The translations under genes and the position numbers were made by a program. Shown here one piece after another: positions 1-10,560 of a DNA stretch of 64,000 bases. Position 1 is the stretch's first letter. Each line of letters starts with the position of its first letter. The stretch comes from Malacoraja senta (taxonomy: Eukaryota): contig CM075989.1 in NCBI GenBank assembly GCA_038087875.1, positions 6,324,001 to 6,388,000 of the forward strand, written 5' to 3'. A model generated the notes under the pieces. The model was given only the letters and a program-made list of their open reading frames with translations, had not been told where the DNA came from and made no database searches.

Positions 1-3000
1 ATCTCTAAACTAAACGAAAGCTGACAGGGTTAGGGGCAATACCATGGGGCTGCACCTTTCACCTTCATTTCAAACTAATGCTCCCAAAATGGGCATCATC
101 TCACGACCAATATGACAGTAACTGTTTCTGAACCTGGTGGTGTGTGACTGCAGGCTAAGATCATTAGACATAGAAGCAGAATTAGGCCGTTCGGCCTAAG
201 GAGCCTCCTCTGCCAATTGATCATGGCTGATCCATTTTTCCCCTCTCAACCGCATTTTCCTGCCTTCTCGTCACCTCGGACGCCCTTACCGTTTAAGAAC
301 CTATCAAACTCCATTTTTAAAAACACACAGCGACTTGTCCTCCGCAACCATCTGTGGCGGTGAATTCCACAGATTCACCACCCTCTGGCTAAAGAAATCC
401 CTCATCTCCATTCGAATGGCACATCCTCGACTCTCCCACCACTGGCTTCTGCTCATCCTGCCCGATGGTAGCAGCAAAAAAAAAAGAGTGCGGAAATGTG
501 AAGTGTCTCTGGTGTCTCGGTGACAACAACGCAAGGGCCTGTCAGACTTTATTCCCTCTGCCCCTTCTCTTCTGCTTCCCCTTATCCCACTCTCCCGAGG
601 CCCAGAGGCACTTTATGTGGCCAGCGGTGTGTACTGGTGTGAAACGGGGCTCTTGGTGTGCAGATCGCTGCATGCTATGGTGACAGAACCACTGTAAATG
701 CAGCGTTTTATAGGGTTAGGTGTGATTTATATTTGTTAATATAATATATGGAGACTTTTGGTGAACATTTGTGACTGTACATATGGAGTAATGTAATATT
801 TCTTTAAATATTAACGTCTGGACTTCTAGCAAAACCTGTTGATGTGCTTTTACTTGCTTTACTTTTGACGTCTAAGAGGAAAAGGGTTTGCAAAAACGCG
901 GGCCTTTTTAAAAAAAAAGATTTCATTTGAGATTTAAAGGGGATTTGTCGGCATCTCTGTGTAGTTGTGGTCGTTGCCGTGAAGGTCTCCATCCAATCGT
1001 GCAGAGTATGTCCACAGCAAAGCACGTCACTGTGCCAAGCTCGGGCAAGCTCGTGCCTGCTGCCCCTTTGCCCTTATTATCCCTGCGCCCACAGCACCCC
1101 TTTAAGAGAGTTGGGTTTTTTATTTAGAGGAATGGCACTTTATTTCAATGGTGATGTGATGATTTTAACAGTGACTGTAGTTCCGCTTTGTTTGAATTGT
1201 TACGATGAGTAGGCGGGCACATTGGTGCCCAAGGATGGCGTGGCATGGTACTTGATGTTGTCCATGGTCAAAATACATGGGGGGGAGGGGGAGGGAATGG
1301 CTGGGGAGGGGGATAAGGAACAGCTCAATTTTCTATGTATAAATCCAGTGGGAGTTCCCTGCTTGTACATACTGTAAATTATTTATTATTGAGAAAACTA
1401 TGAGTAAAGTTTTTTTTTTGACTAAGAATTTCAACAATTTCATTTGTCGCTTGCTTTTTTGCTGTTGTTGTCGTGCCTTTTTACGGCGGGGAATCTTGGC
1501 GCCAAGCGGTCGAATACGCTGTCACTCGCACGAGGCCGGTGTCGACCAATCACTGCTTTGATGCAGCATGGAGGTGCAAGAAACTGCAGGCGCTGGAATC
1601 CTGCGGCAAAAAGACCCCAACCCAAAGTGCTGGAGGAACTCGACGGGACAGGCAGCATATGTCGAGGGAATGGACAGACGACGTTTCGGGTTGTGATTGT
1701 CTTCCAAAAAGGATTCTGAATGGGAAAATGTCATCTGTCCATTCCTTCCGCAGCTGCTGCCTGGCTCGCCGAGTTCCTCCAGCACAGTCACACAGTGCAG
1801 AAACACGCCCCTTGGCACAACTTTGGAGAGGTGTATGGGCAGGAAAGGTTTAGAGGGATGTGGGCCAAACCTGGGCATGTGGGACTAATATAGATGGGAC
1901 GTCATGGTTGCCATGGGCAAGTTGGGCCGAAGGGCCTATTCCCATGTTGTATGACTCTATAACTCATCCACGTTGACCAAGATGTCCCATCTAAGCTAGT
2001 CCCATTTGCCTGCATTTGGTCCATATCCCTCTAAACTAAACTTCTCCTTTCGTGCCCATCTTGTTACAAATGTTGGCCTCGCTGCCATCGTCCGTCCTGA
2101 AAAGGACGCGAGCTTCCGGCGACAATCAGTGGAAGCCATCGCTTGTTGCAATAGATGATGGTGGTAGCAGAATGAGCTCAGGATTCTTCCAGTTCCCAGC
2201 CCCGCGACGTGGACGCTTCTGCCATGGGGCCTAAACTAAACTGCTGGATAGGAAATGTTTTCTTTGAAGATACAACGTAGCCCATCAGCTCGGATGCAGC
2301 AAGACTGTAAATTGCCCTGAAGGTATAATGTATGGAAAACCAGTGATGACTGAAGTTTACTCATTCACGCTGGATGAAGTGGTTTTGACCTGTCCTGGAG
2401 TATACGCTCGGTCTCCTCAGACCCTGCCGTATGTCTCTCTCCATTGGTACCTGGGTCCATGGGGCATGAGGCAGCGCCACTGAGCCCCCCCTAATGAGCC
2501 CCCCTAACCAGCAGCTCGTTCCATACACCCACCACCCTCCAAGTGAAAAGGTTGCTCCTCTGGTCCCTATCTAGTCTTTCCCCTCTCGCCTTCAACCTAT
2601 AGAAACATAGAAAATAGGTGCAGGAGTAGGCCATTCGGCCCTTCGAGCCTGCACCGCCATTCAATATGATCATGGCTGATCATCCAACTCAGTATCCCAT
2701 CCCTCTCCATACCCCCTGATCACTTTAACCACAAGGGCCACATCTAACTCCCTCTTAAATATAGCCAATGAACTGGCCTCAACTACATTCTGTGGCAGAG
2801 TATTCCAGAGATTCACCACTCTGTGTAAAACATGTTTTTTTCATCTCAGTCCTAGAAGGTTTCCCCTTTATCCTTATCCTATGACCACTGGTCTTTGGGC
2901 TTCATCCTTTGACGCCAGTGTGTGTCCGAAAACTTGGTTATTCCCAACACAAAATCAACATTGTTACTGATAGCTGGAGGGGATGAGGTGAACTCGATAG

Positions 3001-3915
3001 GGTGCAAGGGAGGAACATGGAATACAAAAATCACAGGTTCATAAGTAATAGGAGTAGAATTAGGCCATTCGGCCCATCGGGTCCACTCCGCCATTCAATC
3101 ATGGCTGATCTCTGCCTCCTAATCCCATTTTCCTGCCTTCTCCCCACAACCCTTGACACCTGTTCTCGGAAGTCCTCGGACGGCAGTTCCACATCGGGGA
3201 CATCATGGGCTGAGACCCATCCAGAGCAAGGGTCCCCATCCCAAACATCGACTGTCCATTTGCCTCCACAGATGCTGCCTGACCCACTGAATTACTCCAG
3301 CATGCCAACACACAGGAAGCTGCAGATGCCAGAGTCTTGAGCAACGCAACGTGCTAGAGGAACTCGCATTAGGAATAGACTGGCTAAACGCACAGGGTTA
3401 GCCCAGAGTTGGGCAATCGAGAACCAGGGGACAGGCATAGCTTTAAGGTGAGGGCGGAATGATTTAACGGGGTGACTTTTTTTACACAAAGGATGGTGGG
3501 TGTATGGAACGAGCTGCCAGAAGAGAATTAAGAAACATTTGGACAGATATAGCATCCACGGATAGGATCGGTTTATAGAGATTCGAGCCAAACGCTGGCA
3601 GGCGGGATTAGTGTAGATGTGACATGTTGGTCAGTGTTGTCAAGTTGGGCTGAAGGACCTGTTTCCACGCACTGTGACTCTAGTACTCAGCAGGTCGGCC
3701 AGCATCTGTGGAGAAAATGAACGGGTGACGATTCCGGTCATGACCTTGCTTCAGACTGACAGAGTAGGGGGGGGGGAGAAAGCTGGAAAGGAGCGGACTC
3801 CTCCAGCAGTTGTTTTTTCACTCTGAATTACAGCTGTGTTATCATTTCTCCGAGTAACACATTCTAAATAATAAAATGTAATCATAAGGTTGAAATAAAT
3901 AAGTTTAACTATTGA

Positions 3916-4835
3916 TTGAATGATACAGCATGGAAACAGGCCCTTCAGCCCAACTTGCCCACACCGGCCAACATGTCCCAGCTACACTAGTCCCACCTGC
4001 CTGTAATTTGGTCCACATTCCTCCAAACCTGTCATATCCATGTACCTGGTTAACTGTTTTTTAAACATTGGGATAGTCCCAGCCTCATCTATCTCCTCTG
4101 GCAGCTTGTTCCATACACCCATCACCCTTTGTGTGAAAAAGTCACCCCTCAGATTCCTATTAAATCTTTTCCCCTTCACCATAAACCTATGTCTTCTGGT
4201 CCTCGATTCCCCTACTCTGGGCAAGGGATTCTGTGCATCTACCCGATCTATTCCTCTCATGATTTTATACACCTCTATAATATCACCCCTCATCCTCCTG
4301 CGCTCCAAGGAATAGAGTCCCAGCCTACTCAACCTCTGCCTAGAGCTCAGACCCTCTAGTCCTGGCAACACCCTCATAAATCTTCTCTGTGCCCTTTCCA
4401 GCTTGACAACATCTTTCCTATAACACGGTGCCCAGAACTGAACACAATGTCGCCTCACCAACGTTTTATACAACTGCAACATGACCTCCCAACTTCTGTA
4501 CTCAATACTATGACTGATGAAGGCCAAAGTGCCAAAAGCCTTTTTGACCCCCTTATCTACCTGCGACTCCACCTTCAAGGAACCATGTACCTGCACTCCT
4601 AGATCGCTCTGCTCCACAACACTACCCAGAGGCCTACCATTCACTGTGTAGGTCCTGCCCATGTTAGACTTCCCAAAATGCAACACCTCACATTTCCCCG
4701 TATTAAATTCCATCAACCATTCCTCCGCCCACCTGGCCAACCGATCAAGATCTTGCTGTGATTTTTCACAACCATCTTCACTATCTGCAGAACCACCCAC
4801 TTCTGTATCATCAGCAAACTTGCTAATCTTGCCCA
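3916..4835 (-). mobile_element. CR1-type LINE 3' fragment (RT C-terminus and 3' tail)
   Basis: ORF 3982..4839: ISKFADDT, WLMEFN..KC, LYKTLVR, FFTQRV.GVWN.LP are CR1 ORF2 motifs. Confidence 0.9.
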
Positions 4836-5117
4836 CCATCGATTCTGCTCTGACGACTTATGAGACGAGAGCACCCGGAGGAAACGCACAGGGGTGATGG
4901 GGAGAACGTGAATCCGAGAACGCAGACAGCATCCGAGGTCGGGATCGAACCTGGTCTCTGGCTCCACCAGCTGCACCACTGTACCACCGAGTGAACTGCC
5001 GTCATTTGGTCTTTGGACATCTTTAGGGGGTAATTATTAAACGGTACCTACTGCAGGACACCGTGATCCGTGGGAGGACAGGTCTGGGTGCCATATCAGC
5101 AATGGACCTGGCTAACT

Positions 5118-5527
5118 GTAGATGTACAAAGTCATGAGAGGAATAGATCGGGTAGACGCACAGTCTCCTGCCCAGAGTAGGGGAATCGAGAACCAGAGGA
5201 CATGGGTTAAGGTGAGGGGGGAAAGATTTAACAGGAACCCGAGGTGTCACTTTTTTACACAAAGGGCGGTGGTGGGTGTATGGAACGAGCTGCCAGGGGA
5301 GGTAGCTGAGGCAGGTACGATTCGGTTTAAGAAACATTTAGGCAGGCACATAGATAGGACAGGGATTATTGCAATGTTTAAAAATCAATTAGACAGGTAC
5401 ATGGATAGGAAAGGTTTAGAGGGATGCGGGTCAAACGCAGGCAGGTGGGATTAGTGTAGATAGGGCATGTTGGTCGGCATGGGCAAGTTGGACCGAAGGG
5501 CCTGCATCCACACTGTATGTCTCTATA
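5118..5527 (+). mobile_element. CR1 3' fragment
   Basis: YKVMRGIDRVD...FFTQR..GVWNELP. Confidence 0.8.
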
Positions 5528-5914
5528 TGAGTGGAGCTGGAAGTCAAGGCTGAGATACGTCGCACACTCAGCACAGTGTATATTTAGACTGCTGAGTTAA
5601 TGCTTAGAACGGCAGCATTCCCACTGATTGATTGACAGTTTAGACAGCCAGATACATACTATCCCGGCTGCAAATAGCAGCAGCCATTCTGCTGAGCTGG
5701 CGACATCAAAATCCCTGGCTCCTATTGCACTGCTGCTGCTGCTGCAGCACCAGCTGTATAACAGGGACTGCAGAACCTGTATGACTGTGAGCAGGGCATT
5801 GCTTATCGTTCCCTAATCTCTTCCAAATTCAATTCTTCATGCAGACGTCCATGTGGCTCCATTGGGGAGAACACCTATCTCTAAGTCAGTAAATTGTGGT
5901 TTAAATTCCACTTT

Positions 5915-6755
5915 GTTTAGTTTCGTTTAGAGATACTGCTGAGCAGGGACAGGCCCTTCGGCCCACCGAGTCCGTACCGACCAGCGATCAGCGCGTACAC
6001 TAGTACTAATGCTATCCTACACACTAGGGACAATTTTACAATCTTTACCGAAACCAATTAACGTACAAACCTGTGCGTCTTTGGAATGTGGGAGGAAACC
6101 GGAGCGCCCGGAGAAAACCCACGCAGGTCACAGGGCAAACGTACAAACTCCATACAGACAGCATCCGTAGTCGGAATCGAACCCGGGTCTCTGGCGCTGT
6201 AAGGCAATAACTCCACCGCTGTCCCGCCCCTCAGAAGTAAAGTGTAGGCTATCACAGAACAATATGGGGCAAAAGGAATCAGAGTCATGGAACCATGCAA
6301 CACAAACGTAGGCCCTTCTGCCATCCCATCCATGCTGACCAAGATGCCCCATCTGCCTGTGTTTGGCCCATATCCCTCTAAACCTATCCGATCCATGTAC
6401 TGTCCAAGTGTCTTTTAGCTGTTGTTATTGTACCTGCCTCTACTACCTCCTTTAGTTTTAGTTTCAGAGATACAACACGGAAACGGGCCCTTCGGCCCAC
6501 CGGGTCCGTGCCGACCAGCGATCCCCGCACATTAACACCCACCAGGGACAATTTTACCGTTTATCAAGCCGATTAACCTACAAACCTGCACGTCTTTGGA
6601 GTGTGGGAGGAGGCCGAAGATCTCGGAGTAAACCCACGCAGGTCACGGGGAGAACGTGCAAACTCCGTACAGACAGCACCCTTAATCGGGATCGAAGCCG
6701 GGTCTCTGGCGCTGCATTCGCTGTAAGGCAGCAACTCCACTGCTGCGCCACCGTG
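5915..6755 (-). mobile_element. Two HE1-like SINEs (5915-6225, 6450-6755) around a CR1 tail fragment
   Basis: Reverse complement of the SINE consensus. Confidence 0.8.
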
Positions 6756-6864
6756 ACTGTCTTCTGGCTCATTCCATATACCCACTGCCCTCTGAGTGAA
6801 ATACTTCATCCTTGGGTCTCTATGTCCTCTGGTCCTTGTTTCCCCTTCCCTGTGCATCCACCCT

Positions 6865-7620
6865 GTCTATTCCATCAACATCAACAAGACACAGCAGCTG
6901 GTTATTGACCAGGAAGCGTGGTGGAGTACATGCCCCAGTCAGCAGCAATGGTGCCCAACCCTAACCCTAACCCTAAATGGTTGAGAGCTTGAAGCTTCTT
7001 GCCGTTAATATTACCAATGAGCTGTCGTGGACCAACCACATTGATGCAACAGTCTAGAAGACACACCAACGCCTCCACATCCTGAAGGTATTTAGCATGT
7101 CTCCAATATCTGGTGCAAACTTCTACCGATGCACCAAAGGGAGCGTACTGTCGGATTGTATCACAGCTTGCTTTGGGAATAGCTCAATAGCAAGACCGCC
7201 AGAAATGGCTGAGAGTTGTAGATGTGGCCCAGTCCGTCACACAGTCCAGGCTTCCCACTATTCACTCTATTTACACTTCACCTTGCAGCAGAGAAGACAA
7301 CATTATCAAAGACTTGTCCCACCCCTGGCCATTCCTTCTTCTCCCTGCTCCTGTCGGGCAGAAGGTTCAGAGGCTTGAAAGAGCGCACCGCCAGACTCAG
7401 GAACAGCTTCTTCCCCTCTGTTAGGGCTTCTGAACGGTCCTTCCATAAGCTGGGGAACTGCCCCATTCACCTCTACCCATTGTGGACATTGGACTTTGTC
7501 TATGGAACTGGTGCTCTACAATGCTGAGAACTATATTCTGCACTCTGTACCTTCCCCTTTGCTCTATCTGTTGTACTTGAATTTGATTTGATTGTGTACA
7601 TGTATGGCGTATCTGATTTG
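6865..7620 (+). mobile_element. Rex1/Babar-type LINE 3' fragment (decayed)
   Basis: NFYRCT..SVLS.CITA.FGNSS, SHPGHSFFSLL.SGRR.R, RLRNSFFPSV. Confidence 0.8.
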
Positions 7621-7621
7621 T

Positions 7622-8136
7622 GTAGGAAAGAACTGCAGATGCTGGTTTAAATCGAAGGTAGACACAAAATGCTGGAGTAACTCAGCAGGTGAGGCAGCAT
7701 CTCTGGAGAGAAGGAATAGGCGACGTGTCGGGTGGAGACCCTTCTTCAGACTAGATAAAGATAGACAAAGATAGAATGTAGTCAGAGACAGTAAGACTAG
7801 TGGGAGAACTGGGAAGGGGATGGAGAGAGAGAGAAAGCAAGGGCTATCTGAAGTTGGAGAAGTCAATGTTCATACCGCTGGGGTGTAAACTACCCAAGCG
7901 AAATATGAGGTGCTGTTCTCCAATTTGCGTTGGGCCTCACTCTGACAATGGAGGAGGCCCAGGACAGAAAGGTCAGATTAGGAATGGGAGGGGGAGTTGA
8001 AGTGTTGAGCCACCGGGAGATCAGGTAGGTTAAGGTGGATTGAGCGGAGGTGTTCAGCGAAACGATCGGCGAGCCTGCGCTTGGTCTCGCCGATATACAG
8101 GAGTTGACACCTGGAATATCGGATACAGTGGATGAG
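7622..8136 (-). mobile_element. Penelope-like element 3' fragment (GIY-YIG end and pLTR)
   Basis: Near-identical to 24229-24750, whose minus frame encodes IHCIRYSRCQLLYIGETKRRLGDRFAEH. Confidence 0.88.
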
Positions 8137-8150
8137 GCTGTATCTGATCT

Positions 8151-8649
8151 ACATCGGTGAGACCAAGCGGAGGCTTGGCGATCGTTTCGCCGAACACCTC
8201 CGGTCGGTCCGCATTAACCAACTTGACCTCCCGGTGGCTCAGCACTTCAACTCCCCCTCCCATTCCGTATCTGACCTCTCTGTCCTGGGTCTCCTCCATG
8301 GCCACAGCGAGCAACACCGTAAATTGGAGGAAATGCACCTCATATTCCGCTTGGGCAGTCTACATCCTGGGGGCTTGAACATTGAATTCTCCCAATTCTG
8401 CTAGCCCATGCTGTCCCCTCCCCTTCATCAGCCCTCTGGTTGTCTCCTCCCCTCCCCCAGCCCTCGGGCTCCTCCTCCACCTTTTTCCTTTTTTCCTTTC
8501 TTCTCCCCACCCCCTATCAGTCTGAAGAAGGGTTTCGGCCCGAAACGTTGCCTATTTCCTTCGCTCCATAGATGCTGCTGCACCCGCTGAGTTTCTCCAG
8601 CATTTTTGTCTACCTTCGATTTTCCAGCATCTGCAGTTCTTTCTTTAAC
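8151..8649 (+). mobile_element. Penelope-like element 3' fragment (second subfamily) with 14-bp TSD
   Basis: ORF 8132..8404 YIGETKRRLGDRFAEHL..PVAQHFN..IFRLGSLHPGGLN; TSD gctgtatctgatct at 8137-8150 and 8650-8663. Confidence 0.9.
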
Positions 8650-9840
8650 GCTGTATCTGATCTGTTTGGTTAGCATGCCAAGCTTTTCACTGTACCTCAG
8701 TACAGGTGATAATAATAAACCTGAACCATCAGGTGAGCGACCAAGCCTGGCCTCTGCCCCACAGACTGACGGGGATGATAAACACCATGGCCATCGCTCC
8801 GAGATGCACAGGTGCCTCTACAACAGAGACACTAACTTCGCCCCGTTCCACTTGGCAAAACTACGTCTGACTCATCATAAGCCTTGACATTTGAGCTTCC
8901 TGTGACTAGATGGTCTGGTTTAATAATCCTGAGGACGCACTGCACGATTGCTGAAGATAGACACAAAACGCCGGAGTAACTCAGCGGGTCAGGCAGCATC
9001 ACTGGAGAGAAGGAATGGGTGACGTTTCGGGTCGAGTCCCTTCTTCATCAGTCAGAGGGGCAGTTGCTTAGCTTGGTTGCTCACCTGAAGGTTAATGTCA
9101 CGTGTACTGAGATACAGGGAAGAGATTTGCATACTAACCAAACAGTTCAGATCCAACATACATTTACACAATCAAATCAAACTCAAGTGCAAGTATAGAA
9201 CATTTTAAAGAAGGGTCTCGACCCGAAACGTCACCCATTCCTTCTCTCCAGAGATGCTGCCTGTCTCACTGAATTACTCCAGCATTTAGTGTCTATCTTC
9301 AGTTCAAACCAGCATCTGCAGTTCCTTCCTACACAATCTGAATCTGAGTCTGAAGAAAGGACTCAACCTGAAACGTCGCCCATTCCTTCTCTCCAGAGAT
9401 GCTGCCTGTCCTGCTGAGTTGCTCCAGCATTTTGTGTATACCTTCAGTGTAAACCAGCACCTGCAGTTCCTTCCTACTGTACAATGACTGAGATGCAGGG
9501 CCTCTGCACAACCTGAAGCGATGCTGCTCCCTGCTGTTTAGAATGACACATGACGCCTGAAACAAAGGAGCCTCAAACCATTTACCTGCCCGGCCAGCTA
9601 GCCTCACCCCCCCTCCCATCCCACTGCCCAAGGATGCAAGGACATTTACCAAGTACTCCCCCGATTAGTAAACCGTTCAATACTTACAATGTCGTCTCCT
9701 TGTCATTCAGGGAAACCAAACACAGACATGGAAACCCCGTGTGAATCACCACAGTTTTGTTTTAACCAAAAATAAATTTAATCAAATATTACAAGAATAA
9801 TACAAAACAAAACAGCACCAACTACAGTACAAAGTAAAAC

Positions 9841-10288
9841 AAGGTTAATTCCCGGGATGGAGCAGCTGGGCTTGTGTACTCTGGAGTTTAGAAGGATGAG
9901 AGGATTCTTATTGAAACATATCAGATTGTTAAGGGTTTGGACACGCTAGAGGCAGGAAACATGTTCCCGATGTTGGGGGAGTCCAGAACCAGGGGCCGCA
10001 GTTTAAGAATAAGGAGTAAGCCATTTAGAATGGAGACGAGGAAACACTTTTTCACACAGAGAGTTGTCAGTCTGTGGAATTCTCTGCCTCAGAGGGCGGT
10101 GGAGGCGGGTTCTCTGGATGCTTTCAAGAGAGAGCTAGATAGGGCTCTTAAAGATAGCAGAGTCAGGGGATATGGGGAGAAGGCAGGAACAGGGTACTGA
10201 TTGGGAATGATCAGCCATGATCACATTGAATGGCGGTGCTGGCTCGAAGGGCCGAATGACCTACTCCTGCACCTATTGTCTATTGTCA
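9841..10288 (+). mobile_element. CR1 3' fragment (young subfamily, ctattgt tail)
   Basis: ORF 9937..10200 is near-identical to the copies at 43285 and 62655. Confidence 0.85.
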
Positions 10289-10289
10289 T

Positions 10290-10560
10290 AAATATTCTTA
10301 AATATCAAATATACTGAATTTTAAACAACTATGTTACAATTCTTGTCAAGGATACATTCCACCCCCCAGCGGTCCCGCAAACCCCCCAGGGTGCCCGTGG
10401 ACAGAGCATAGTACTTCTCAAACACCAGCCGGGCGCGGACGTAACCCCCGGAAAAGGGGCAGGCAGCCGGCTCGGGCAGAGCCCTCTTCTGCCTGGCGCC
10501 GTGACTCGCGGATGGCCAGCTTGGCCAGGCCCAGCAGCAACCCAACCAGGACAGTAACAT
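10290..10560 (-). mobile_element. Tx1-like L1 3' fragment
   Basis: LLLGLAKLAI..SR, GYVRARL..E, ..RDRW ORF2 C-terminus; related pieces at 10740-10925 (+) and 31840-32017 (-). Confidence 0.7.

Noticed and set aside
3982..4839. 285-aa ORF as a host gene
   Set aside because: It is the CR1 ORF2 C-terminus of a 5'-truncated copy.
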